DNA from: Vampirovibrionales bacterium
GTDB lineage: Bacteria; Cyanobacteriota; Vampirovibrionia; Vampirovibrionales; Vampirovibrionaceae
Length of the DNA: 64,000 nt
Direction of reading: 5' to 3'
NCBI GenBank assembly: GCA_029866025.1
Contig: JARXAD010000002.1
Span: forward strand, 49,688 to 113,687
The notes beneath the pieces are model-generated. The model saw only the letters and a list, made by a program, of their open reading frames with translations, did no database searches and had not been told where the DNA came from. The position numbers and the translations under genes are program-made. Positions 50,686 to 60,252 of the stretch are shown in pieces. Numbering within the stretch: position 1 is the stretch's first letter; each line of letters starts with the position of its first letter.

Positions 50686-51768
50686 TTAAAAAGCAGAGAC
50701 CTTGGATGAGCGAAACAGATTTTTGATGCGCTCAAAAATGCCTTGAGGCTCTTCCAAGTTCAAAAAGGGCACATCTTCGCCTGCCACACGACGAGCAATG
50801 TTACGATACGCCTGCCCCGCTACGGATTGTTCATCCAGTACAATAGGCTCACCCCGATTGGTGCTTACAATAATGGAAGGATCTTCTGGCACCACGCCCA
50901 ATAGTTTAATGGAAAGAATTTCCAACACATCATCAATGTCCATCATGTCGTGAGACCGAACCATAGCCGGCCGCATGCGGTTGATAATGAGCTTGTAATG
51001 CTTTACATTTTCGCGGGTTTCTAGCAAACCGATAATACGATCCGCATCGCGAATGGACGACATCTCAGGGTTCACCACCACAATGGCTTCATCGGCAGCC
51101 GTCACAGCATTTTGAAAACCTTGCTCAATGCCAGCAGGGCTATCGATAATAATAAAGTCCACTTTTTTACGCAGTTGACCAATGAGATCCTGCATTTTTT
51201 CTTCGTCTAACGCGCTTTTATCGCGAGTTTGAGCGGCTGCTAGCAGGCTTAAATTAGGCATGCGTTTGTCTTTAACCATGGCTTGATTCAGCTTACAGCG
51301 GCCTTCAATCACATCAATCAGGTTGTAAACAATGCGATTTTCCAACCCCATCAAGATATCCAAGTTACGCAAACCAATGTCAGTATCCACCAACACCACC
51401 GAATACCCCAAACGTGCCAGACCGGTACCCACGTTAGCCGACGCCGTTGTTTTACCCACACCGCCTTTACCGGAGGTCACGACAATCACACGCCCTTCAC
51501 CGGGCTCACGGTCAGCTTTGGGAGCAGTCTTCTCTGACGAAGACGTACTGGATGCAATAGACACCACGTTGGAAAGAGCATCGGGCGTCTCGGACGTAAT
51601 ATCAACCAAGGGTGTCTCACGAGAATCGATGGAAGGCTCCAATACAGAATCGGGTGCATCAGGCGAAGTGGCCATAACAGAAGTGTCCTTAAGGGTGTCC
51701 CCAGCGGTAATAGAAGAATCTACCGTGGGGGTAGCGTTTTCTGGAGTAGAGTGAGCCATAACGAACAT
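50686..51768 (-). CDS. minD: Septum site-determining ATPase MinD. The ORF track gives 360 aa; the canonical core is 267 aa from GTG 51489.
   Basis: VIVVTSGKGGVGKTT deviant Walker A, DTDIGLRNLD, and the C-terminal amphipathic helix. Either the 93-aa S/T/P-rich N-terminal extension is real or the start is GTG at 51489. Confidence 0.9.
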   Translation of the reverse strand: MFVMAHSTPENATPTVDSSITAGDTLKDTSVMATSPDAPDSVLEPSIDSRETPLVDITSETPDALSNVVSIASSTSSSEKTAPKADREPGEGRVIVVTSGKGGVGKTTASANVGTGLARLGYSVVLVDTDIGLRNLDILMGLENRIVYNLIDVIEGRCKLNQAMVKDKRMPNLSLLAAAQTRDKSALDEEKMQDLIGQLRKKVDFIIIDSPAGIEQGFQNAVTAADEAIVVVNPEMSSIRDADRIIGLLETRENVKHYKLIINRMRPAMVRSHDMMDIDDVLEILSIKLLGVVPEDPSIIVSTNRGEPIVLDEQSVAGQAYRNIARRVAGEDVPFLNLEEPQGIFERIKNLFRSSKVSAF

Positions 51769-51829
51769 CCTGTGTAAAAAGTGTTACTTCAAAAATCAAT
51801 TATCCACGTTGGTAAAAGGTCGGTTACCG

Positions 51830-53041
51830 CTATACAAAATCAATGGAATGCCCTGGGTTTAGATCGGCCTGAATCCGAATTTCGCCATCCACCATGCGTG
51901 CAAACTCAGGATGCCAAGCCCGATCCACAGGGGACTCTGGCTTATGGTTACTGGTTCTGTCCGGACGGCGCGCAATGGTAGAACCAATACGCAACTGAAC
52001 GGCTCGTAGCAGCAAGGCCCGAATACTGGCCCACTGCTGAGGCGCATCGCCAGCTTTTAGGGGGGCTCCGGCATGGGCAACACCGCGCAATTCACCCCAC
52101 ACCACAATGTGGCCACGAGCAATAATTTCACTGCCGCTGTGCACATCTCCCATGACCAACAAGTGGCCTTCAGACACCACCGTCTGTCCTGAGCGCAACG
52201 TCCCCGTTACCAGACGAGTGGGCATGGCCTCGGCGCCTGTTGCCGGCACCGGAACCAATGTGTCCGCCGCCGTGGCTTGATAATGAGTGACGGTTGGCGC
52301 CTCTAAAAACGCCGGCACCGTTACCAATGAGGGATCGGGTTTTGACGCAGCAGTCTCGCCAAGGCTTTCAACCGTCATACGCTCTGACAATGATTTAGGC
52401 ACATCACTGTCCAACGATACCAATGGCATTGGGTCCACGGAAGACGTTGAATCCACAACATCCGTTATGTTTTCAAGAAGCATTGCCGTGGTTTGGAGCG
52501 ACGATAAACCTTCTAGTGTTTCAATTGATGACAAGATGGGTGTTTCTTCAGCAGCTGTTCGCTCTGTTACACTTGGAAGCCTCTCTACAACAGAAGGCTC
52601 AACCAAAGAGAAGAGAGGCTCTGGCGGAGCAACCAAAGCGGTCGCCAAGGGAGAAGCCGCATAACCATCGGAGGACAAGGCTTCCTCATTCGCCGGCGGG
52701 TATTCTTTTACTCCCAAACCACAACTAAGGGCTGCCTGCTGGGTTTGAGACAAGCGCGCATACACCATAGTCACGCTGAGACCTTGCTGGCGCAACGTTT
52801 CTAACAACTTACTCAGCATTTTTCCCGTCAGCACCAACGACCCACAGTCTAATGCCACCTGCGTTGTTTCTAAACTTTGCGATGGGTGCTGCTTTAGCCA
52901 GGCAGCTAATAAGCGCTGAGAATCAGAAAAACTAAGAGCCGAAGAAATATCCACAAACAAGGGTGGTAGTGCCAAGACAGGCACTGGCAAAGAGGGCAAT
53001 GAGGTAGAAAGCGTGGCCGTAGGCAAAAGTATGGATTCCAT
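51830..53041 (-). CDS. minC: Septum site-determining protein MinC with an expanded ~180-aa low-complexity interdomain linker.
   Basis: N-domain VALDCGSLVLTGKMLSKLLETLRQQGLSV. C-terminal beta-helix GTLRSGQTVVSEGHLLVMGDVHSGSEIIARGHIVVWGELRGVAHAG. Confidence 0.85.
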   Translation of the reverse strand: MESILLPTATLSTSLPSLPVPVLALPPLFVDISSALSFSDSQRLLAAWLKQHPSQSLETTQVALDCGSLVLTGKMLSKLLETLRQQGLSVTMVYARLSQTQQAALSCGLGVKEYPPANEEALSSDGYAASPLATALVAPPEPLFSLVEPSVVERLPSVTERTAAEETPILSSIETLEGLSSLQTTAMLLENITDVVDSTSSVDPMPLVSLDSDVPKSLSERMTVESLGETAASKPDPSLVTVPAFLEAPTVTHYQATAADTLVPVPATGAEAMPTRLVTGTLRSGQTVVSEGHLLVMGDVHSGSEIIARGHIVVWGELRGVAHAGAPLKAGDAPQQWASIRALLLRAVQLRIGSTIARRPDRTSNHKPESPVDRAWHPEFARMVDGEIRIQADLNPGHSIDFV

Positions 53042-53420
53042 AACCGAAAAGGGAGAAACTCCCCAACCTTGCGAATGCAGCGTGGGCTTAACCTGAAAGC
53101 TTAGGCAGGGGTCACTCTAATATCTCTAGCCGTTGTGGCGGGCGGTTATAATTAACAACAAGGTATTTAGCTTAAGCGACTACTTGTATTACGCGATCAC
53201 TAACCAACAAAGTCCATAGCATTGCATTCGTTGGGTAAATTATACGAAGGGCCCCGCCATTCCCCTAGCAAATACAGCCAGTTGTAACACCATTCTTTAC
53301 AAGCCGCGAAGCGGCTTTGTCCATTGCGTCAATACTGCCACCTATCAAAGGAAAAGCGCCCTCAGCTGGTGAGCGAGGACGCCTCTGATGATTTAAGAGC
53401 GCAAAAAATCAGAAAAGAAT

Positions 53421-54242
53421 TTACAACAACGCATCCGACAGAGCTTGCTGACGGTCTTGCAAACTTTGACGAATACTTTTACCAGCAGGGGCGGCCTTGC
53501 CTTGAGCTGCTTTGCGATTACCGCCGCGAGGCAAGGGTAGCGGAGGCAAAGAATCCATAGGGACCTTACCCGCTTCGGACACCACAGGACGATGGGACAA
53601 GGTGCTGGCCTGACCAGGCAACGAAATACCATCCGCAGGTGGAGCCGCTGGCGCCACCATGGCCGGCATCATTTGGGCAGCATTGCGTGGCTGGCGGGCA
53701 GCGGCTTCGGAACGAATGTTACGTAAATGCTGCTGACCATTTTTGACGACTTGCTGAAAGCTGGACAAATCTTTGTCAAGACTGTTCAACACTTGCTCGG
53801 CATACACATCGGCGCCTTCACGCACACGGCGGGCATCTTCCAAAGCTTGTTGGCGCAAGGCGTCCATTTCACCCAGCACGGTTTTGCGGTGGGCTTCCAG
53901 TTCACCCATCAATTGATGACGGATTTTAGCGGCTTCGTCTTCCACGGCGCGCATAAGGGCACTATTGTTCAGCATGCTTTCCGCTTGGCGACGGGCTTCA
54001 TCCAGTGTGAAGGAGCCTTTGCGCTGGGCTTCAGCGATAATTTCATCGCGGCGGTCTAGAATGAGCCGCGCCTGAATGATTTCTTCCGGCAACACGTCAC
54101 GCACATGATCGAGTAATGGCAGCAATTGGTCACCGTTCACCACCAACCACGGGGTAAAGGGAACGCTAAAGCCAGCGAGAAGCAGATCTTCCATGCGTTC
54201 TACTGATTTAATGAAGGACTGGATGGCTGATTCGCCTTTCAT
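53421..54242 (-). CDS. Coiled-coil protein between coaD and minCDE, hypothetical.
   Basis: Long predicted helices (EARRQAESMLNN...ELEAHRKTVLGEMDALRQQALEDARR) then a P/A-rich tail. It lies 56 bp downstream of coaD. Confidence 0.4.
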   Translation of the reverse strand: MKGESAIQSFIKSVERMEDLLLAGFSVPFTPWLVVNGDQLLPLLDHVRDVLPEEIIQARLILDRRDEIIAEAQRKGSFTLDEARRQAESMLNNSALMRAVEDEAAKIRHQLMGELEAHRKTVLGEMDALRQQALEDARRVREGADVYAEQVLNSLDKDLSSFQQVVKNGQQHLRNIRSEAAARQPRNAAQMMPAMVAPAAPPADGISLPGQASTLSHRPVVSEAGKVPMDSLPPLPLPRGGNRKAAQGKAAPAGKSIRQSLQDRQQALSDALL

Positions 54243-54298
54243 GGTCTCTATCCTTTATACCGGGGAAAACAAACAATACTAAACATCACTAAAATGGG

Positions 54299-54850
54299 TT
54301 AAGGCACGGACGCCACAGGCAATGTGCACAGTCCACCTTGATAGTGCTCTTTCAACAACGTTTCTACGGCAGGGGGAACGGCTTTACTAATGTCCCCACC
54401 ATACCGGGCGACTTCTTTTACCACCGACGACGAGAGGAACTGATGCTCCAGACTGGCCATCATAAACAGGGTTTCCACGCAGGGATTGAGGGTTTTATTC
54501 ATCTGAGACATTTTAAACTCAAATTCAAAATCAGAGACTGCCCGAAGGCCGCGCACAATCACCTCTGCCCCAGCAGCTGCGGCAAAATCAATGGTTAGGC
54601 CTTCAAAGGGTTGAACGGTCACGTTGGTAATAGGTCTTTCACTTTGCTGAATACAGGTTTGGATGAGCTGAACACGTTGCTGAAGGGTGAGTAAGGGCGC
54701 CTTGTTGGGATTACGGACTACTGCCACCACCAACTGATCAAACAAATGGCTAGCCCGCGTCACAATATCCAAGTGGCCGCGAGTCATGGGGTCAAAACTA
54801 CCGGGATACACGGCGGTTACCACGTTTAAACGTCCTTTAGCGGTTACCAC
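54299..54850 (-). CDS. coaD: Phosphopantetheine adenylyltransferase.
   Basis: VYPGSFDPMTRGHLDIV (the T/HxGH motif). Core is about 160 aa; the start may be downstream of the track start. Confidence 0.85.
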   Translation of the reverse strand: MVTAKGRLNVVTAVYPGSFDPMTRGHLDIVTRASHLFDQLVVAVVRNPNKAPLLTLQQRVQLIQTCIQQSERPITNVTVQPFEGLTIDFAAAAGAEVIVRGLRAVSDFEFEFKMSQMNKTLNPCVETLFMMASLEHQFLSSSVVKEVARYGGDISKAVPPAVETLLKEHYQGGLCTLPVASVP

Positions 54851-55196
54851 ACACCGTTAAAACAAGGGCCCTCGTCACATTTCGTCACGATTTTCCTCCG
54901 CACTCTGGCAAAGTAATCAACAAACCATTGACCATACAAACCAATGAGCACAGGCGCTTGTTCAACACGTTTAGTCTACCCCAGTTTGCTCTGTTTCCCG
55001 TCACCCCTCCACACCCAAACCGAGGAATCGTTAAAAAACGTTACACCCCACCCCCCGCAAGCTGGGTTTTTAAATTTGCTTTGCTAAGCCTTTGGGCAGA
55101 GCGTGGCAAACCCTACCCTAACAACCAAAAGCCCCATTACTTTTAAAGTAATGGGGCTTTACGCTTTATTGATGAACTACAATTCTTTGGAATGAA

Positions 55197-55655
55197 TTAT
55201 TTTCCTTCAGAGCCGTTAGTAGCGTCTAGATCTTTATCAGGCGCTGTTTCTTCAAGCTCCCCAACAGGGCTGACCATATTTTTTTCCACTAGTTGCCCGT
55301 GGAGGTCTTTAACGAGGTCTGTTAAAGTACGAACAAGTTGTTTTAAACCATACGAAGCGTTTGGTTCTTCAGCTCTCTGTGCAGTATGCTCTTTGTTTAG
55401 TGCAGGGTGTTCCAGATCGTGAATCAATACCTTTGCCTTCACACCTGCCTCTCCGCTCGGGGTTGAATACGGCTTGGCCTTTATGCTTACTATCCCTGAG
55501 TAGTCTTTGACTTGGTCTGCTAGCGTCCGTAAAGCCTCTTCTATATTGTAAATTTTATCACCTGAAGTTTTCCCAATTTTATATGTGATTCTTTCCTCTT
55601 CTATATCGCGGTGTACTAACGAAGTAAACTGGATTGGATTGGATTGGATTGTCAC
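55197..55655 (-). CDS. Hypothetical 152-aa protein, AT-rich, with an (AATCC)4 pentanucleotide repeat in codons 2-8.
   Basis: ORF from GTG 55655, with GGAG 7 nt upstream. The repeat on the plus strand is ggatt x4 at 55631..55650. Confidence 0.35.
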   Translation of the reverse strand: MTIQSNPIQFTSLVHRDIEEERITYKIGKTSGDKIYNIEEALRTLADQVKDYSGIVSIKAKPYSTPSGEAGVKAKVLIHDLEHPALNKEHTAQRAEEPNASYGLKQLVRTLTDLVKDLHGQLVEKNMVSPVGELEETAPDKDLDATNGSEGK

Positions 55656-55800
55656 GAGTGCATCTCCGTGCGTGTAGGGGGCATCAAATACGCCCCAAAT
55701 GCTTGAAGCGTTACTTCCTTAAAAGCCCCTAAGACATTACTTGTGCTAGTCGGGCGCACAATGATTACAAAACCGTTACAAACGCGACTGTCCAAAGACT

Positions 55801-56484
55801 TTATAAAGCGCCCTGATACGCCCACAACTGCCCCAAGGTTAAAATGCTGGGCTCTTGCTCTGCCAAGCGTTTAAGCAGCACCCACAAGGTATCGGCCGTC
55901 ATTTTCACATCGTACTCAGCCCGGTGGGGGTTGGCATTGTACACGCCACAGGCATGGGCCACGGCCACCCCTTCGTAGGTAGGTAAGCCTGGCAACAGTT
56001 TTTTAGCCAAAGCACGGGTACACAAGCTCTTGGCAAAATCCACACGGGGCTGGTAGCCTTGCAAGCCCGTTTCTTCCAGCTTGGCTTGTAAAAAACCAAT
56101 ATCAAAGCTTACGTTGTGGCCCACAATCAAAGGCTCTGGGCCCAATAGCTGGCATAAGTCTCGCAGTACTACTACTGGGGCTGGGGCATTGGCCACCATG
56201 GCATCCGTAATACCCGTAATGGCCACAATATTCTCTGGAATCGACTCGGTAGGCTTGACCAGGGTTGAAATGCGGTTCAGTTCTTCCCCCCGCTGAAACT
56301 GAATGGCCACCAATTCGGTAATGGCATTTTTTTTGGCTTGCAAACCCGTGGTTTCCAAATCCAGCACCGTAAAAATGGCATCGGCAATCAAGGTATCTGC
56401 CATCATGGGCGGCAGCGGCGCTTTAAATGCCGTGGTGTCGGTATTGGGTGATTCTAACAACGCCCCAAACAGTGATTGCTGCAT
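55801..56484 (-). CDS. DEDDh 3'-5' exonuclease (DnaQ/DNA polymerase III epsilon-like).
   Basis: Exo I VLDLETTGL, Exo II GHNVSFDIGFL and Exo III HRAEYDVKMTADTL. Confidence 0.75.
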   Translation of the reverse strand: MQQSLFGALLESPNTDTTAFKAPLPPMMADTLIADAIFTVLDLETTGLQAKKNAITELVAIQFQRGEELNRISTLVKPTESIPENIVAITGITDAMVANAPAPVVVLRDLCQLLGPEPLIVGHNVSFDIGFLQAKLEETGLQGYQPRVDFAKSLCTRALAKKLLPGLPTYEGVAVAHACGVYNANPHRAEYDVKMTADTLWVLLKRLAEQEPSILTLGQLWAYQGAL

Positions 56485-56556
56485 CGTGATTTTCCCAAAA
56501 AGCTCTTAGGATTACGTTGCTTCATCATCCCAAGACAAAGTAGCCACTGCAAGCAC

Positions 56557-57486
56557 CTACGTTGCAAAAGCTCCAAACCATTCGCTTCTTAGCGTCTTTA
56601 GGCCCAAAAGCTTCATTGCTTTGTTTAAGGCTTTGGCTACTCTATTCGCCCAGCGATTGGCCCCTGCGGCAGGGGCATCAATCCAAGGGCCTTTTTGGTT
56701 TTTCGTGGGTTTTGCCAAGTCATCTTGGGTTGAAAATGCCAAGTAGTAGCAATCGTGCCCGGTTGGGATATTAAGGTAGGCATTGCGAGCGTCCGGATCA
56801 TCGGGCTTAGCACCCTTGCCAAAAACGCCTATTTTTAGTGTTTGCCAGCAAGTGCGGTTAAACTCCTTAAAAAGAAACGTTTTATAACCCGGCGTGTTAT
56901 TAGGCTTTCCTAATGCGTCTGTTACCGTGATTAAAGGCTCACCATTTTTATTTTCGCCGATGGCTTTAATTAACTCAAAATGATACTGAGTTCGAGCCCG
57001 ATGCATGACAACAATCACGTGCCCTAAGGCTAAATGCCTTCTAACATCGTCCACACTGCCGTGGTTATAGGCTTGGGCATACAGCCCCTGACGTCTAGCC
57101 TCATCCAGCATTAACTGTGGCGTTAAACCCAAATTTTTCCAACGGCGTATGTGATGGTCCAAGTCATTGCTACTTTGAGGAGGAGTTTGAGATTTCAACG
57201 CATTTAATACCATGGCCAAAGCCCTTGTGCCACAAGAAGAGCTGCCGGCAGGTTGATCTAAGGGCGTTAATAGGTGCTTTGTCTCCGTTTTTTTAATATA
57301 CGTAGAATCCTTAGCCTCCAACAACGTGGCTTGATGATGGCTAAAATACCCAAAATACACACCGTTACTTGGCACAAGTAACGTTTCCTTTATACCCAAC
57401 AAGCACGCACGTTGATGCACCCAATGCGGAGGTTGTTCCGACGGGTAAAATGAACGCTGCAAAGAGTTTGTCGTCAGCTGCACCAT
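56557..57486 (-). CDS. Papain-fold cysteine peptidase-like protein (C39-like).
   Basis: SSCGTRALAMVLNAL resembles the C39 catalytic Cys region (CG.A.LAM.L). The downstream His candidate is GHVIVVMH. Confidence 0.35.
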   Translation of the reverse strand: MVQLTTNSLQRSFYPSEQPPHWVHQRACLLGIKETLLVPSNGVYFGYFSHHQATLLEAKDSTYIKKTETKHLLTPLDQPAGSSSCGTRALAMVLNALKSQTPPQSSNDLDHHIRRWKNLGLTPQLMLDEARRQGLYAQAYNHGSVDDVRRHLALGHVIVVMHRARTQYHFELIKAIGENKNGEPLITVTDALGKPNNTPGYKTFLFKEFNRTCWQTLKIGVFGKGAKPDDPDARNAYLNIPTGHDCYYLAFSTQDDLAKPTKNQKGPWIDAPAAGANRWANRVAKALNKAMKLLGLKTLRSEWFGAFAT

Positions 57487-57557
57487 AAAAAGCTCGCAAA
57501 AGACTCGTCAAAGATAAGGACTTCTTCTGCATAAACGCCCCTCAACAAAAAACGATG

Positions 57558-58538
57558 CTAGTGGTTTTTCATCCTTTGATGACTGGCCTCAATGACGTGA
57601 TGGCGCCACTGTTCTTTAATAGCATTGGTTTTTTCAAAACCCGTCGCCACTTCCGTGGCCAGCTGTTGAGCAAAGGTGCCGTTTTCAATCTCGGTAAGGA
57701 TGGCCTCCATCTGCTGGCGAGTATGCGTATCAATCACGCGACCCCCATTGAGCAAATCCCCCACACGAGCGGCAGGGCTAATAATATCGCGCAGGCCGGT
57801 GGGGCCACGGTCGCACAGCAACTGAGCGATTAGTTTTAGCTCGTGGAAACAGCGAATATAGGCCACCTCCGCCGAGTACCCACGGTCGACCAAGGTATCA
57901 AAGGCCATGGTGACAAGACGTGAGAGGCCGCCGCACAAAACCGCCTGCTCACTAAATAAGTCACACACCGTTTCTTCTTGGATGGTGGTTGGGTAAATGC
58001 CTACCCGGCCTGAACCAATGGCCTTGAGGTAGGCCAAGGCCACACCCAAGGTTTCACCAGACGGGTCTTGATGAACGGCTACCAAGGCAGGCACACCGCT
58101 GCCATCCACAAATTTTTGCCTCACCCCACTGCCGTGGCTTTTGGGCGCCGCCAAAAAGCCATTCACTTGGGGTGGTAATGGCGCCAGATTGTAGTACCAC
58201 GCATAGCCATGGCCAATGGCAATAAAATGACGCCCCGTGAGCTTGGGGGTGATGGCGGCAATGGTCTCGCCAATGGCATGATCCGGCACGAGCAGCATGA
58301 GGACGTCTGCGTGATTGGGCAATTCGGCTAAGGGTACCACGGTAAAACCATCAGCCTTGGCGTGACTGGCCTTGGTGCTAGCGTCTCGTGCGCCCACAAT
58401 CACGTTAATGCCACTGTCTCGGAGGTTCAAGGCTTGGGGGTGGCCGTGATTACCATAGCCCACCAATCCCACCGTGCGGTGCTGCAATGGGGACAAATCA
58501 ATGTCGGCATCGTGCCAGACTGTTGTTGCTTCCAACAT
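57558..58538 (-). CDS. ilvC: Ketol-acid reductoisomerase (class I).
   Basis: GLVGYGNHGHPQALNLRDSG NADPH-binding motif and the C-terminal knotted domain. Confidence 0.85.
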   Translation of the reverse strand: MLEATTVWHDADIDLSPLQHRTVGLVGYGNHGHPQALNLRDSGINVIVGARDASTKASHAKADGFTVVPLAELPNHADVLMLLVPDHAIGETIAAITPKLTGRHFIAIGHGYAWYYNLAPLPPQVNGFLAAPKSHGSGVRQKFVDGSGVPALVAVHQDPSGETLGVALAYLKAIGSGRVGIYPTTIQEETVCDLFSEQAVLCGGLSRLVTMAFDTLVDRGYSAEVAYIRCFHELKLIAQLLCDRGPTGLRDIISPAARVGDLLNGGRVIDTHTRQQMEAILTEIENGTFAQQLATEVATGFEKTNAIKEQWRHHVIEASHQRMKNH

Positions 58539-59642
58539 TTAAGAGTTCACACTAGAGGCAGATGATAAACCACGCGTATCCTGATACCAGCGAACAAATT
58601 TAGGAATGCCGTCTTCAATAAGAGTGGTAGGCATGTAGCCCAGTAGTTTCTTCGCTTTGTCCACATTGGCATAGGTAATGGGCACATCGCCCTGCTGGAG
58701 AGGCTGGTAGTCAATGATGGCTTTTTGACCCAGAGCGTCTTCCAGCAGTTGAATGAGCTTGGACAGCGTCACGGTGTGGCTCTCACCCAAGTTGATGACC
58801 TCGAAGGGGGTTGCATCGTAGCGCATGGCCGCTAAAATACCTTGTTGAATGTCGTCAATGTAGGTGTAGTCGCGCTCGGTGGAGCCATCCCCAAACTGGG
58901 GTACGGGCTGGCCCTTGGCAATCAAGTCGGTAAACTTATGAATGGCTAAATCGGGGCGCTGACCGGCACCGTACACCGTAAAAAATCGCAAACACACCAC
59001 CTGCAAGCCAAACAAATGGCTGTAACTGTGGAGCATGTTTTCGTTCATCACCTTGGTAGCCGCATAAATGGAAACGGGCTTGGTGGTGTCTTGGGTTTCT
59101 AAAAAGGGCACCGAACCGGGAATACTGGCATCCACCGAACCGTAGACCGAGCTAGAGGACGCAAAGGTAAAACGACTGACACCAAACTCACGGCACAGTT
59201 CGGCCAGCACATGGGTTCCTGTGACGTTGGCTTGCATATACAAACTGGGGTTGTCCAGCGACGGGCGCACCCCAGCCCACGCCGCCAGATGAACAATACC
59301 GCCTTGCTTTAAAGCCGCACCATGGGCGTCAAACACGCGTCGCATGGCAACCACATCGCAAATATCGGCTTCCACCAAAGTAAATTTTGGGTTGTGGGCG
59401 TGTTCCGCCACATTGGCGCGCTTAACGGCCGGGTCATAATAAGGGTTAAAGTCGTCCACCACCACCACAAAAGCACCCATGTGTAGCAAGTGGCGCACCA
59501 AATGAGAGCCAATAAATCCGGCACCACCCGTTACTAGATACGTATTGCCATCGTAAAACCCAGCATGGGTCGTCAGTTCAGCTTGGAGATTGGGCGTGAG
59601 TGTCTGCCAATCGTGAGTGTTGAGCATAGGGGTAGAGTCCAA
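58539..59642 (-). CDS. NAD-dependent nucleotide-sugar epimerase/dehydratase (extended SDR).
   Basis: YLVTGGAGFIGSHLVRHLL and the catalytic YxxxK within YAATKVMNE. Confidence 0.75.
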   Translation of the reverse strand: MDSTPMLNTHDWQTLTPNLQAELTTHAGFYDGNTYLVTGGAGFIGSHLVRHLLHMGAFVVVVDDFNPYYDPAVKRANVAEHAHNPKFTLVEADICDVVAMRRVFDAHGAALKQGGIVHLAAWAGVRPSLDNPSLYMQANVTGTHVLAELCREFGVSRFTFASSSSVYGSVDASIPGSVPFLETQDTTKPVSIYAATKVMNENMLHSYSHLFGLQVVCLRFFTVYGAGQRPDLAIHKFTDLIAKGQPVPQFGDGSTERDYTYIDDIQQGILAAMRYDATPFEVINLGESHTVTLSKLIQLLEDALGQKAIIDYQPLQQGDVPITYANVDKAKKLLGYMPTTLIEDGIPKFVRWYQDTRGLSSASSVNS

Positions 59643-59692
59643 AACAATGAGTAAGGGTTACCCCCTATTATCGTCTCAACAACCGTCCGTGG

Positions 59693-60211
59693 CTATGGAA
59701 TGAGGCAAGAAATATATTCATCGCTATACTCATCGCTATCCAAGGAAGACGTGCTTTTTGCAGCTACTTTTACGGAGACAGAAACGACCCGAGTCTCTCT
59801 TTGGACTTGAAAGCGGATGACATGCCCCACCACATTGCTAATGGCATCATCCACTGCCTCTTTGGTTAAACCTGAAAGAGGCACATTATCGGCTGTTAGC
59901 AGCACATCACCACTGCGTAAACCGCTTTTAGCAGCAGGAGATCCCAAAAACACGTTGTTGACGATGGGAGGCGTATTTGGGCTAATCGTTAAATCCAATC
60001 CCACATAACCATTGCCAACTGGCTGAACCGGTTTTGACATGGGTGGAGTCACTTTTTCAATCACCTGGCTGGCTGAAATTCCACCCGTAAGGGGCTTACT
60101 GGCAAAGGTATCGGGTGCAATAATAACCAGCACTGCTAGCAGAATGGCGAAGCCAACGGAAAAGACGGAAAAGTCTACGCATGATCGCAAGCAGGATTTT
60201 AAAAAGCCCAT
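59693..60211 (-). CDS. Membrane-anchored PDZ domain protein.
   Basis: N-terminal TM plus GLDLT...VFLGSPAAKSGLRSGDVLLTADNVPL (PDZ carboxylate-binding loop). Confidence 0.6.
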   Translation of the reverse strand: MGFLKSCLRSCVDFSVFSVGFAILLAVLVIIAPDTFASKPLTGGISASQVIEKVTPPMSKPVQPVGNGYVGLDLTISPNTPPIVNNVFLGSPAAKSGLRSGDVLLTADNVPLSGLTKEAVDDAISNVVGHVIRFQVQRETRVVSVSVKVAAKSTSSLDSDEYSDEYISCLIP

Positions 60212-60252
60212 AGCCTTACCCCTCCATACAGTACACCGGAACTCGATACCCC

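Noticed and set aside
50686-51768. Treating the MinD N-terminal 93 codons as definitely translated
   Set aside because: A GTG at 51489 yields a canonical 267-aa MinD. Without expression data the extension cannot be asserted, so it is reported as an open question rather than a feature.
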